A stretch of DNA of 64,000 bases from Sphyrna mokarran (Eukaryota). Made by a program: the position numbers and the translations under genes. The stretch lies in contig JAGIQG010000004.1 of assembly GCA_024679065.1 (NCBI GenBank), forward strand, positions 32,302,001 to 32,366,000, in the 5' to 3' direction. The notes beneath the pieces are model-generated. The model was given only the letters and a program-made list of their open reading frames with translations, made no database searches and was not told the DNA's origin. Positions 37,971-51,692 of this stretch are shown in pieces; position 1 is the stretch's first letter, and the number at the start of each line of letters is the position of its first letter.

Positions 37971-38410
37971 ACATGTCACATACAGTGCACACACTGAAGA
38001 AAAAAACAGCTAAAGGTGAGAGTGCCCTTTTACAATTCATAAACAAAAGAATAATCCATAACTCATGGGTGTCGTGTCTAAGGGAAAAAGTAATAATTGC
38101 AGGCCCAGTGAAGAATGCATTCCCATCTGATCTCAATGAATCAAATTTTGGCCCATCAAAATTGGTCCATCAAATTTTCGGTTTCGCCTGCTATGATTCA
38201 CATGGCAAATAATATGTCCACAAATAATAGGAGGTGTAAATTCAATGAAACTTTTGTTTTGTCCATTCATGGGAGGCACTCCACCCATGGTCATCCTCTT
38301 AGGAACTTCCTGGAGACTTGAGATACTTCTGATGTAATGCACAAATTTCTTAACCCTCAATACCCAACTTATCAGTTTTTTACTGCCTGTGTGTTTGAGA
38401 AAGAAATGGC

Positions 38411-39508
38411 AGGAGCGATTCTCCCAAAAGTGCTGAACTGGCAGCAAAACTGATCTAGATTGTGCTAGTTCCAGCAAGTCAGCTTCTCACCTGAATCTCT
38501 GCTCTCTGTGCGATGCAGAGGTCCCAGTCATGAATCTCATTAAGAACCCAAAGTGGGGCGGATGGGGCCTACTCACACCACAGTTTGCCAGTCCTGGAGC
38601 TCTGTGCATGTTCAGTGGCTCCAAACTGTCAAACTCCCATTTGCTAGCCGGCCTGATCACTGGCCAGCCTGGGACCCCCACATTGCTGCACTTCCAATCC
38701 TGCCCCATCACTGCCCAATTGTGGCCCCCATAACAATTGCAGGGCCTGCCCTGACCACCCCCCACCATCTTGGAGCACCTCGAAGATGCCTCGAGGGTGA
38801 AGCCCACCCTCCCCAGCAATGGTATTACCCTCGCCCCACTCAGTCCAGCAGACCTGCTCCACCCACTGATGCTCCCAGGGTCAGAGCCTGCCTGAGGGAG
38901 GCCCCTCCTCTGGCAGACCATAATACCCCAGCCTGCCCCATTGCTTCTCTTCCCTCTCCCAGACCAATCACAATGCAAAAATCCCTCCACCCCGCACCCA
39001 TGGTCCCTTGGTCCTGCTCATAATAGGCCACACCCCCTTGGCACTGCCACATTGCCTTTGGCCTTGGGCACTTTGCCCTTTGGGCAGTGCCAGGGCATAG
39101 GTTGGCACTGCAGGGTGCGCATGTTAAGGGGACACCAACCCCCACTGCCTGACCCCCGGAGGACCCTGATTGCCTCTCTTTTCATTCCAACAGCATCTCC
39201 CGCTAGGTCCTCAAACATGGGGAGCTAGTCTGAACACCACCAGAATGAAATATTCCTGGCGGGGTGAGATACTCAATTGGGACTTGAAAGGTCCCAATAA
39301 TTAACTCATCTATATATTTAAAATAGATTTTAAAAAGATTTAAATGACTTACTTGCCTTCCCATCAGTTTCCAACATAATCTTCTGGGCAGCATCTTGCC
39401 GGCTCTGGGAAATGCGCATACACAAATTCCTGTTCAAGGTCGCATACGTGCATCTCCCAGCTGGACCTGCCAGAAAAGTGGTGGGTGCGGATGGGAAAAT
39501 CGCGGCCA
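38411..39508 (+). mobile_element. GC-rich non-autonomous TIR DNA transposon
   Basis: TIR cores gcgattctccca ... tgggaaaatcgc; C-rich interior with ggcactgcc motifs. Confidence 0.72.
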
Positions 39509-39574
39509 CTTTCCAGCAATTTCTACACTGAATTTAGTCCAGGCTTAAAGCAATGAATATGACAAGCCTTTAAT

Positions 39575-39865
39575 AAAGAACAAAGAAAATAACAGCGTGA
39601 GAACAGGCCCTACGGCCTTCCAAGCCTGCACTAACCATGCTGCTTGACTGAACTAAAACCCCCTACCCTTTCCGGGACCATAACCCTTTCTTCCCATCCT
39701 ATTTATATATCTGTTCAAATGTCTCTAAAAACTCACTATCATATCTGCTTCCTCTACTCCCCTGAGAGAGTTCCAGGCACCCACAACTCTCTGTATAAAA
39801 GATTTGTCTCATACATTTGCCTTTTAAACCTTGCCCCTCGCACCTTAAAGCTACGCCCTTTACTG
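39575..39865 (-). mobile_element. CR1 3' end
   Basis: aaagaacaaagaaaataacagc..gaacaggccctacggcc..ttccaggcacccacaactctctg. Confidence 0.85.
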
Positions 39866-40112
39866 GGATGACATTCACAAACACACAAAATAAGGTGGCA
39901 TCTTTTGATAAAAGCAAAATTAATAATTATTCTTCACACAGCATGGACAGCTGAATCTGATAAGAGTATAGGGATTTAGGAATTCAGGCTCATAAAACAG
40001 TTAAGTGGGTAAACCCATTAAAAAGCGAAAAAAAAGGGGGTTTTATAGCAAGATAGAATGAGATGAAACTGGTACTCAATATAAACCTTTTTAAATAGAA
40101 CACTTGGAGTAC

Positions 40113-40390
40113 TCACAGAATCATACAGTGCAGAAGAGAACTTTCGGCCCATCGAGTCTGCACTGAGACGTGAGAAACACCTGACCTCCCGCTTCATCCC
40201 ATCTACCAGCACTTGGTCCATAGCCCTGGAAGTTATGAAATATCAAGAGCTCAACAAGGTAACTTAAAGGAATGTGAGGCAACGTGCCGCTACCAAACAA
40301 CGCATTCTGGACTGTCACCATCCTCTGGGTAAAAGAGTTTTTCCTCACATTTGCCTTAAACCTCATGCTCCTGACCTTGAACCTGAGACT
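40113..40390 (-). mobile_element. CR1 (HER1-like) 3' end with an HE1-type tail
   Basis: cagaatcatacagtgcagaag..ggcccatcgagtctgcac; ORF RFKVRSMRFKANVRKNSFTQRMV. Confidence 0.85.
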
Positions 40391-40479
40391 CTCAGCATCC
40401 AGCTTAGGGTTTTCTACACTACAGGAAAAATATTGATGCAATAGAGAATTAGGTACAGGGTAGATTCATCACAATGCTG

Positions 40480-40835
40480 CCCATCTGTGGAAAGTTTGAG
40501 GGAAGGCTTGAAAGATTTGATGTGTTTATATTAGAAATTAAGAAGTGATTTGAAAGTCATTTGAAATGATGAATGAATAGGACTGTTTACGTGGAAACAG
40601 TTTTTCCATTTGTCAAGGCATCCGGGAAGAAGAACATAGATACGTGAGATTAGATATGTGAGATTTAAAGTAAAATGCTCAGAACAGAGATGAGGCTGTA
40701 GCATGCAGTACTAGAGTTATTTCTTAAAGAAGGGGAAAATTGCTATATGGATATAGGGTGGGCACAAGGAATTAGGAGGATAAAGCAACAGCATGGATAG
40801 ATAGGTCAGAATGGCCTTTTTCCATATTGTAAACT
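40480..40835 (+). mobile_element. Decayed CR1 3' fragment
   Basis: gaagtgatttga..tttccatttgtcaagg..aggtcagaatggcctttttccatattgtaa. Confidence 0.55.
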
Positions 40836-41469
40836 GAATGTATCCACATCTGTATTGTTATTAACATTCGCTTGGTCATTTATAGCTTTGTATGAGAATG
40901 GAATTATTTAGTCGATCTTTAAACAACACAAGGTATAATTTTAACCCCAGTGCAACGCAGGTAAGTTATGGCATTATTGATGATGATGATTGTACTGCTA
41001 TAGTAATAATACCAAAATGGAGATGTAATCAGCCTAAGAGCCTCAAGATAGATTAATTAGGTGGAGATCCCAGCACAAGTCATTTTTTTCTGCATCCTAT
41101 AACCTCGAATATCTGTATTGCTGACAGGCATTGCGGTGTAATTACTGCACATTTGAATTTGCCTCTAAATGTAATAGCTACTATACTTCCCCGACTCTAA
41201 TTTTTCACCTTGTCATTTGATAATCATGGAAGATTATGTAGCTTCCATAAATTATAGTTGAGGATCTTTGAACTGGACACAAGCTAATAAGCTAGACCTA
41301 ACTTCTTTTAGTGCAGTTTTTCCACATAGTTAATCAGGTAAAGTCTCACCAAGGCACCACTCTTCAAACGATTTTTGACTGAAATCCTATAATTCTATTA
41401 TTCCAAAATGACATGAAAGACAAAACTGGATTTCCTTGAGGAAAAATGGGAATAATTAAAAGAAGTACT

Positions 41470-41785
41470 GGGGTAGTATGGTTGTACAGTGGTTAGCACT
41501 GCTACCTCACAGTACGAGAGGATCAGGTACAATTCCCAGCTTGGGTCACTCTCTTTGTGGAGGCTGCACATTCTCCCCATGTCTGCATGGGTTTTCTGGG
41601 TGCTCTGGTTTCTTCCCATACTCTAAAAGATGTGCTGGTTAGGTGCATTGGAGATGCTAAGTTCTCCCTCAGTGTACCCGATCAGGCCATGGAGTGTGGC
41701 CACTAGGGGATTTTCATGGTAATTTCATTTCAGTGTTAATGTGACACTATTTGTGACACTAATAATTAAACTTTAAACTTAAAAT
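41470..41785 (+). mobile_element. HE1-related V-SINE with an alternative tail
   Basis: HE1 head and V domain, but the tail is cagtgttaatgt..ttgtgacactaataa..aactttaaactt; same variant at 54795-55066 (minus). Confidence 0.85.
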
Positions 41786-42079
41786 AAAACTTGTTTCTTG
41801 CATATTACACCACCCAAACTCGTAGAATGAAATTATAACTCAAATAGTCTATAAGTTGAGTTCATGTTTGTACATCATTCATACTTGATTCTTGAGCCCA
41901 CAAAGCCAATCATAATAGCCTTCAAAAAAATCGTCAGAACGGAACAAATGTTTCAGATTTTAAATGAATTAGCAAGCCTTTTATTCCTATCATAAAAATC
42001 TAGAAAAATATCAAACTTGAACAAAAAAGCATATAAAAGTCTTTGCATGTAAGAAAGTTATTAAAAAACGATTTCTGTG

Positions 42080-43251
42080 ATAGAACATAGAACATTACAG
42101 CACAGAACAGGCCCTTCGGCCTTCGATGTTGCGCCAACCAATATAAAAAGCAATGACCCTCCAAACTAAACCATTCCCTTCTCTTCCATATACTTATCAA
42201 CTAACCTCTTAAACGCCACCAAACTTGGCGCATCTACAACTGCTGCAGGCCGGGCATTCCACTCCCGAACCACCCTTTGGGTAAAGAACCTACCTCTGAT
42301 ATCCGTCCTATAACTATCACCCCTTAATTTAAAGCTGTGTCCCCTGTGCTAGCTTTTTCCATCCTAGGAAAAAGGCTATCACTGTCCACCCTATCTAAAC
42401 CTCTAATCATCTTATATGTTTCGATAAGGTCCCCTCTTAGCTGCCTCCTTTTTAACGAAAACAACCTCAAATCCCTCAGCCTCTCTTCATAAGACTGCCC
42501 TCCATACCAGGCAACATCCTGGTAAACCTCCTCTGTACCCTCTCCAATGCCTCCACATCTTTCTTATAATGTGGGGACCAGAACGCACACAATACTCCAA
42601 GTGCGGCCGCACTAGAGTTTTGTACAGTTGCAACATGATGCTGCGGCTCCTAAATTCAATCCCCCTACCAATAAAAGCTAAGACTCCATATGCCTTCTTA
42701 ACAACTTTATCCACTTGACTGCGTACTTTCAGGGATCTATTGACACATACACCAAGATCCTTCTGTTCCTCAACACTATTAAGAGCCCTACCATTAGCCC
42801 TATACTCTACACATTTATTGTTCCTGCCAAAGTGCATTACCTCACACTTTTTCACATTAAACTCCATTTGCCACCTCTCGGCCCAGCTCTGCAACTTGTC
42901 CAAGTATCTCTGCAAACTAGAACACCCCTCTTCACTATCTACCACTCCTCCGACTTTGGTGTCATCCGCAAATTTACTAATCCATCCTTCAATACCCTCA
43001 TCCAGATCATTATAAAAATTACAAACAGCAGGGGCCCCAAAACAGACCCCTGAGGTACACCACTTGTCACCGAACTCCACGATGAATATCTCCATCAACC
43101 ACCACCCTCTGTCTTCTATCTGCTAGCCAATTCCTAACCCAATTAGCTAAATCACCCTCTATCCCATACATCTGCATTTTCTGCAGAAGTCTTCCATGGG
43201 CCACCTCATCAAACTTATGATCAAACTTCCATGGGCCACCTTATCAAACTT
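42080..43251 (-). mobile_element. Young 5'-truncated CR1 LINE (RT C-half plus 3' UTR)
   Basis: ORF 42487-43098 ISKFADDTKVGGVVDSEEG..WAERWQMEFNVKKCEVMHFG..LYKTLVRPHLEYCV; tail atagaacatagaacattacagc; few lesions. Confidence 0.95.
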
Positions 43252-43331
43252 AACATCACCTTATGATGGCAATAATATTGGTCGCACACACTCTTCGAGT
43301 TTGAAAAATGTATTTTTTCATTTGAAATTTT

Positions 43332-44060
43332 GGGGGCAATTCACCCATCCCACTGTGCTGCTGGAGCTTGACTCCCTGACACTGCTCAAGAGGCAACATG
43401 GCAAGGCCCAACAGACACCTTGGCACTGCCCACCCGGTATTAAGTAGTGCCAAGAGGATGGACCCAAAGGATGGTGGGACTATTGAAGGGCAGGGCCGAA
43501 GGGAGGAGATCGGTAGGGATGGGGAAATCCTGCTGCCACTCTGTGCGTGGGATTAATGACAAGAATTGGAGAATGTGCTGATCAGAACTGGCCATATTGG
43601 GGATCAAGATTGCTGGGTTGGGGGGAGGTGAGTGCTTGGGGAGAGCAAGGCAGACTGGGGGTGGAGAGGGTGGAGGCTGGGCTCATGACACTAAGAAGCT
43701 AGCAATTAGGGCAAAGGGGAGACTGAGGAGGCAGTGTCACAGGGTCACAAAGTTGTGAGGCCAGCTATTAATCAAGTCAGCCAGCGATCAGGAGTTTGGA
43801 AGTGCGAAGGCTACTGTGCATGCACTAATCCCAGCACTGATAGGTCGGTACATGCGCAATGACTCGCTCAACACTATACTGCCAGCCTATCCAGCGGGAT
43901 TAGGCCCCGCCAACAGATTTTCTATGTGAATCTCACTGGTGCACTCTGCAGTGCTCAGAATGTGGAGGTTCATTTGGAAAATCCCACAAAAAAAACAGCA
44001 GGAGTTAGTGCAGTTTTTACGCAAATTCGGCATTTAGAATTTTTTTGGGAGAATTCTGAT
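43332..44060 (-). mobile_element. GC-rich TIR element related to 38411-39508, opposite orientation
   Basis: gggggcaattcaccca ... tttgggagaattc termini; G-rich interior. Confidence 0.65.
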
Positions 44061-44504
44061 GCTTGTGTTAGATAGGCTTTGGCAACACATTCAGGAAATG
44101 AATTAACCTCCACTACTAATATCCCACTTCCATTCTGTGGAATTTTCTAGTCACGCCAAAGTCAATAAACTATTGAATTTCTCGCTGCATTTTATACTCC
44201 TGCCCTAGCACATTAGGACCATAATGTTCCACTCATTGCTTGCAGTTGTGGCCTCTGCTCTTTTGCACTCATTCTCTATTACAGGGGTAAATAGTGCTGT
44301 CTCCAGCTTCCCTGTGTTCTCTTTGTCCATGGAGCCCCCCGCAATATGTATCAGAGCAACCACAATCAAGGCAGACTGAGGGTGGAAAACAAGCTGAATG
44401 GACAGAGCACAAGAATATGGTACAAGGCTACTAGCTTACCAACTCATGTCCAGTATTTTTCAAAATATCAGAGATTTTAAGTGATTATAAGTAGCTTAAA
44501 AACA

Positions 44505-44980
44505 CATGCGCCATAGAAAGCATCTTTTGCAGTTTATCACAACTTGATATGACTCCTGCTCTGACCAAAACCACAAGAAACTATAAATGGTTGTGAATGT
44601 ATCCCAGTCCATCACACAAACCAGCCTCCCATTCATTGATTCTATGTACAGTTCCTGATGCCTTGGAAGAAGACCCCACACAACCCACACATACTCTTTC
44701 ATCTTCTTCCATCAAAAAAAATACAGAAGTCTAAGATCACGTACCAACAGATCAAGAACAATTTCTTCCCTGCTGCCATCAAACTTTTAAATGGACGTAC
44801 GATATATATTCCCCTACACTCTAGCTGTGGCTGTAACATTATATTCTGCATCCTCTCCTTTCCTTTCCCCTGTCTACTCTATGAACAGAATGCTTTGTAC
44901 TGGTGCAAGAAATAATACCTTTCACCTCATTCCAATACATGTGACAATAATAAATCAAATCAAATCGAATCAAATCAAAC
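44505..44980 (+). mobile_element. Rex1/Babar 3' fragment
   Basis: Colinear with 15105-15587; tail aataaatcaaatcaaatcgaatcaaatc. Confidence 0.88.
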
Positions 44981-45297
44981 ATTTCTCATGAAAGGAGGCT
45001 CCCTTACAGGTGGTTACCTGTGTATTCAGACAACATATACACTGGTCAGAAGAAAGAGCTTTCAATATTGAGTTAAGGAATTAAACAATAAAGATGAACA
45101 TTCTTCCTGCCTCTTCTAGCTATTCAAGGTGTTACTAATCAAAGTGGCAACCCAACAATTTTGAGATCTTTATAGTCCATTAATTAAAATTTTACTGAGC
45201 AGGCTGCAGACTCGATTGAATTCCACATTTATAATCAGCTTCCAGAAGAGTGGGACCTCAGCTGCCCAATGTTTGGCCAACATAACAGGGCAAAACA

Positions 45298-45600
45298 TGA
45301 AGCCATGTGGTACAGTAGTAGCCTCCTTTTGCCTCTGAGCCATGAGAACCAGATTTGAGTCCTAACTGAAGGCTTGTTGGCCAAGGAAGGTGCATTCACA
45401 TGTCTAAACTGATTGGCTATCAACCTGCAGGTCTTTCCAACACACACTAATGGCAGGTGGTAAGAGAGGGCCACGTGAAGGAAAGAGTATTTGGGCTCCT
45501 GCCATCGGAATTCCTAGTTCTAGTCTTCCATACGCATAATAAACTGCAAGCACCTATCTTGAAACAGATTCTGACACAAGAGTGCCAAAGCTCTATAGAA
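45298..45600 (+). mobile_element. tRNA-derived SINE
   Basis: tgtggtacagtagtagc..tgcctctgagcca..ggcttgttggccaaggaaggtgcattca; homologous to 13425-13615. Confidence 0.6.
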
Positions 45601-47423
45601 TGGTAATCACAGTAATCCCTGGATAAGGCCTACATTTCACTGAACCTCCATGGAGCTATATCAGTCCTTTCCTGAATATAACACAGTCACTGAAGGAAGC
45701 CTGAAGGAGATTCAGAGCCTGGAATGTAAGAGATTTAACTTCTCTGTAATGTCTTTGCAGCAACTAGCTGACAAACTTCACCCCTTCTGGCATAACCAAT
45801 GCAACTATATCCAAAATTCTCCTTACAGTTTCCAAAATGAATGGCCCTCATTTTCTTCTTATATTCCCTAACTCCAGAGACACATTTATACTTTGTACAT
45901 TGTTCTGGTACACAGCACTGAAATTAAAGAGTTCATTCACCTTTTCTATTGCCAAATATCTCTTGAAACTTGGCATCTTCATTAACTGCTTGAAAATGAT
46001 TTTTCTGTACTTATCTCCAAGAGAAAAGACACCACTATATGTTGGCTAACCTGGTAACAGAGTAGCAGTTTATTTGTTTATCATGCAATTGAAATTGTTT
46101 TGTTCTGTTGCTATGTGTGCTTCCATCCCCTCCCACACAACCCAATCTTTTTCCTGGGCTGTTGCTCTCCTGCTGTGTTTGCCTTTCTCAAATCCTGTCA
46201 TTCTTTTTATCTCACATAAGAACAGAAAAATTCTCTGTTTGTGTGGCAGGATTTTCAATAACTTAGACATGCAAACGTGAGTCATTATTCAGTGTGTGAA
46301 TCCTCCATCAGAAAGCAGCATCTGCAGAGCTTGCTTTTAAACCTTTTCTCCCTGTTGATTTCCACTTCAGTTTAATCTGATGGAACTCTCTAATATCAAT
46401 TCATCCAACAGTCGGGAATTATCCAGCAGTAATGCTGCAGTACCAATTCCGTGAAAAGAAAAGCAAAATACTGTGAATGCTGGGACCCTAAAATCAAAAC
46501 AGAAAATGTTGCAAACATTTAACATGTCAAACAGATAGAAAAACAGAGTTTTACTGTTTTTATTACCACGTATATAAACCTGGAAGCCATCCTCCTCCAC
46601 GCAAGTCACCACAAAAACCTCAATAACGACAACACTAGAAAATTAATGATAAGAATTTGGAAAGTCTGCAAAACGTAGCACAAAACAAAATTCACAAGGA
46701 TTTAACAGTGAAAGAGATGAAAATGAAAGTGATTATAACATGGCCAATGTTAACTTATTATTCGACCATTATGTGCCACTTGATTTGTTTTCTTTAACTT
46801 AGTAATATCTTCAATAACGCATAATTTTATCACGCATAGGTACATAACAATTGCAGATAGCATATGAGTCGAGAATAGAAATGATTACCAAATGACTCAT
46901 TCTGTAATTTTAACAAAGGTTTTAACTCACTGATTTTAAATTAACTAATATTAGTATGAAAATAGTGACAGGCTATGGTTGTATTGTTTGTGTCAAAATA
47001 TTACCCAGTAATTTTTCTTTGAAATACATGTCTGTATGGTTGGCTGTTCTTTAAGTAATAATCACATTTAATTTCAATGCTGAGTCACAGAAGGTAGAGT
47101 ATTTTTAATCATCCTGCCTCTTGAAAATGAAATAATCTTTTCTAAATAATGAAATGTGTCAGATCCGAAAGCTGTCCTGTTGTTTTCCTAAATCTACAGG
47201 ACTATTTTATTATGAAAGAATGTTGATCAACTCCATCTTCAGAAGCTTCACGTTTTGAGTGGGAACTTCTATGAAGCAATAATAGTGTGAAAATTATAAT
47301 TCATTTAGACTAACAAAAAATATATTTTAAAGTGCACACAATACATATAGCAACTGATCGTTTGCTGAGTGCCAATTCGCTGACACCCAGGACTGTAGAA
47401 CATCGTTGAAATTCAGTGACTTT

Positions 47424-47496
47424 AGGAAGGGAGGAAGGGGGGAAGGAAGGGAAGGAAAGAAAGAAGGAAGGAAGGAGAGGATGGGTGCATTGCATG

Positions 47497-47531
<35 letters not shown>
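47424..47531. repeat. (GGAA)-like purine tract (47424-47480) and (CA)n (47500-47531)
   Basis: Seen directly. Confidence 0.93.
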
Positions 47532-47534
<3 letters not shown>

Positions 47535-48399
47535 ATTCTTCATTGCCCATCCTGGGCACTTTCTACCTTTTTCAAACATCTAACACCTCACCATGCACCC
47601 TGATTTAGTGGGACTGTAACTCAGCATCTTACATTTAAGCTACCTGGTTCCTATGTCAGAAATGACTTACCTGAAGGATCCCAAAATCACTTCACTCATT
47701 TTATAGCCTCTGACCATCCTTGCCCTCATTTATTCAATCTTCTCACAAAATTATTGACAACCACTCTCATCTCTCCTTCCTGAATTCCATGAGACCAATG
47801 CTTACCCTTTCTTATAATTGTTGTCCTAATTTCCTGATGAATCAATAAATAACAACCTCCTTGAGATTGTTGATAATACAAGGTGAAGAGGATAATGATA
47901 ATGAGGAAGATTAAAGCTCACCCATGAGTTCCTACATAGGTTATCACTTCCTGTCCCTCTACTCTAGCTCTCTCCAAATCACCCCATTCATCCTAACCAC
48001 CAACTTAGATCCCTTCACCTTTAGGCAACTAGATAGTGTCAATGAGGATCTGACAGCAGCTGATTCACAGTGCTTGAGGGAGTCAAGGTGAGTAGAAAAT
48101 GGGTGATTATGTGCCATCTTCCCTGTGAATGCTGAGAAGTCCATAGCTTCTTATTCACATTTCTTCAATATTCTCCCGTCTAGTCTGTGAGGCTAGTATA
48201 TTCTAGGTGGTCTGCAGTAATACCTTGTGGGCTATAGTTTCCTTAAATGCTGCCCGTTTCTCCTTTTGTCCATCCTGTTGTCCTCCTCCAACAGTGAAAA
48301 CAGCACAAAAAGATATTGGGGATATCACGTCTGCTGCTTGGAAAGCCTCCTGTAAGGATGAAGTAAAGACTGGGGTAGGTCAACTTGCAGAGATTTGAA

Positions 48400-48785
48400 A
48401 GGATGCTCTCCTTAGACAAAAGGAGATTGAGGGAAGATGTGATAGGAATGTGTAAGATGATGATAGTGTTATTTTTTTAATCAGGTTGACATTAGCTAAT
48501 GGTACAATGAAATTCAGATTTAAACTTTTGTACAAGATATACAGAAGGGTGACATAAAAGAACATTTTTACTCAGCGAGTGGTACTGACCAAGAAATCAC
48601 TACTTTACGAGAATCATGGCAAAAGAAATAGTCAATAAATTCCAGAAGAAACTAGATGGGCACAGGGAAATAAACTTTCAGGGATATGGGGATAAAGCAG
48701 GGGAATGGGACTGATTGGATTGTTCTAAAGAGCTAGGATAGACTCAAGGGGCCAGATGGCTTCCTTCTGTGCTGTAATGACTCAG
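48400..48785 (+). mobile_element. CR1 3' fragment
   Basis: ctccttagacaaaaggagattgagggaagat..ttttactcagcgagtggt..gggccagatggcttccttctgtgctgtaa. Confidence 0.8.
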
Positions 48786-50149
48786 TGGGTTGAATTTAGT
48801 GTCCTCCCCCTGGTGATTTGGTAGCAGGGAAGTAATTACTTGGGTGGGAGGGTATAGGAGAGAATCCCACTGTCTTCCAGCCTCTGCCCCAAATACGTAC
48901 TTGGTAAGAAGGAAGTTTGATTGCCTTATTTTACCAACACTCGTATTCACCCAACAGCAATGGGGGAACTTGTTCTGGGGAAAGTCCAAATGGCAAATCC
49001 TGTTGAGGTTACTTGTGGGTCTGTTGGAGCTTAGTGGGGAGTGAGGGGGGTTTGGGGGGGGCGGGGTGATGGTGAGAAGCCGAGGTGGAGGGATGCAGCC
49101 CTCATTCAAAGGCACTGAGTCAAGAGACCTGGCATGAGGAAGAAGCAGGGCCTGTTGACAGATACCCACTACCAGTGATGCCAATCCACCTTCCCCCACA
49201 ATCCCTCGTCCAGCCATACTCACTTGTGGTCTGCTGTGTGCATTACCAACAGCAGTTGCCACCTCTCCAGCAATGCTACCCTGCAAGGAAGGACTGCTGG
49301 CCTTAGATCCCAGGAAAGACCCCCCCCCCACCCCCCAGTGCCCAGTAAAATGACCAATTGGCATATAATGTGGTGGGCCTTCCCCATAAGATTGTCACCA
49401 GCTCTCTATTTGGCAAGCAAGCGTCCCGTTATCAGCATTAAATACCACCCAATGATTCTAAGGCTGGGGTTTTCCATTTTTCCTCAGGAACCTTGCTGAC
49501 TCGAGAGACACCATGTGGAATGTTCCAGGCACAGCCACGAGATTTCTTAAAGGGCTTTAAGGCTAATTAATGGCAGCGAGCAGACCTACCATCTAATCAG
49601 GGACGGTAGATGAACTCCTGTGCTAGAGCATGATGGGAGGTCATCCAGCACTGACATGGCAACAGCCCTACTGCCCGCACGAAGAAAAGGTCATTTTATT
49701 TTTAAATTAAAATGGTGCACCTGCCCACCTCTGCTCTCAGCCGTGAACCATTTGAAAATCTGGGCCCATAATCAAAACGTGCTGGAGAAAGTAAAATTAT
49801 CCTGGTGTGTTGGCAAAAATAATAAAAAAAAAGGAATTTTAATAACAGTTTTTCCAACTGCAAAAACTGTTAGTCACATCCTCTGGCCAATTCAGACTCT
49901 CAACACCATGACTACCACTCATCTCAAACTGACCCTAGCAACAAATGTGCTTTATAATTCTCACTCTGAGTTACACAGTGTGTGTTGTGAGTGTGAAACA
50001 GGAAATTTGCAACTGAAATTCTACTGGCCTCATTATCATTTATCAAAACATGCAAATTAGGAGCAGAAGTAGGCCATTCAGCCCTTTGAACTTGCTCTGC
50101 CTTCCATAAGATCACGGTTGATCATCATAACCTCAACTTTACACGTGTA

Positions 50150-50502
50150 CGTTAAGCATTTGGGACTTAGTGTGCTAGTGGGATTTAGTTAACCTATCCC
50201 GCACTCTTTCCTTTTTTCTTCCTCTGTGAAATCTACGAATGGTATGTTTTGTCTATACAGCACCCAAGAAACAATGCTTTTCATTGTACCCAATACATAG
50301 AATCATAGAATCCTCACAGTACAGAAAATGGTCATTTGGGCCATCAAGTCTGCACTGACAACAATCCCACCCAGGCCCTATCACCATAACATCACACATT
50401 TCATTTACCCTGCTAATCCTTCTAACGTTTAGCATGGCCAAACAAACTAACATGCGCTTTTTTGGAACAGAATGTCACAACAATAAATCAAAGCAAATCA
50501 AG
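50150..50502 (+). mobile_element. Rex1/Babar 3' UTR interrupted by an antisense HE1 fragment (50297-50465)
   Basis: gaatggtatgttttgtct..caagaaacaatgcttttcattgta | HE1 minus | gtcacaacaataaatcaaagcaaatc. Confidence 0.78.
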
Positions 50503-51692
50503 TGATAGAAGAGTCAAAAACTTGGGAAATAATTTAATGGAGGAACACTGGTACAAATTGTTTTAAAAATATTTACTAATTATAATCATTTATAAGTCCC
50601 ATATATACCCAAGAAATGGATGAATCTGGCAAGTTATTTGCCTTCATGGTTCAGTCTCAATCAAATTCGAAAAATGTTCTCCCTATAACGGCAGACACTT
50701 CATGATCATTATTTAGATTTATGTTGAATTTTATAATTTAGGTACAGTGTTCTATTTTTCAAAATCTTTAACCTTTAGAAATAATAATCCCCAGATATTA
50801 GACTTTATCTAGTGCACATTTTGTCTACTGGCAGAATATCACTTCTGTGAAAAATATAATGATTCTCTTGGAGATAATTAGACTTGGATGTCACTTTGCT
50901 AGTACGAACAGAACACTTCATTCTATCTTTTACACATATGTCTCATCAACTGCTATCTACTTAGGCAGTCCTTGCTGGAGTTATTATCAATAGAACACAC
51001 TGGTGACTAAAGGCCTAATTGACCACCCTAGGGATTTAGAAATGTTAAGAAAATTCTAAGGGTGGAATTTTATATATTTCAACAAAGACTAAACAGAAAG
51101 ACCCAGTCATATATTACTGCTTAATATCTGATCATGTACTATTTCACACACCTATCCACCAAGATTCATGTACAAATAAAAATGACACTGCTTGTCAAAT
51201 AAGCTTTCATGTCAATCTGCTGAAGCTTTCTGCAGTCAAGAAGTGACTGTCATTCAAGGATGCATGTCAACATTATCTGTCATCCTCCAAACATGGTCTA
51301 GTTGTGGGTTTCTTAATATAAAATGAGTATGAAAAACTATTTTGCTCATAAGTGGAATCCTTGTAACACCATTGTTGCTTCAGAATTTAACCCTCTCCTC
51401 ACTTCCTTTCTCTGCCAGATTAAATCCAGTTAATTGTGATGAGCCCCAGAAAGGATCCCTCTTCCACAATTGGTGCCCATCAAAATCCTTCAGCTCTTAA
51501 GCTTCCCTTAAAGTGAGACAACAGTCCACAAGAAGAGTCCATATGATCACATCAGCAGCGTCCCTCCCCGAAGAGCAATCCAATTAGTTCTACTCGCCTA
51601 GATATTTCGCACATCCCGGCAATGTTTTCTTCCTTTCAGTAATTATCCAGTTCTCTTTGGCAGGCTACTGTCATATCCATCATCCTGTCATA

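Noticed and set aside
38487-39228. Cluster of overlapping 60-167 aa ORFs
   Set aside because: GC-rich interior of a TIR element; no recognisable domain.
42487-43098. Functional reverse transcriptase gene
   Set aside because: A 5'-truncated CR1 with frameshifts at both ends of the ORF.
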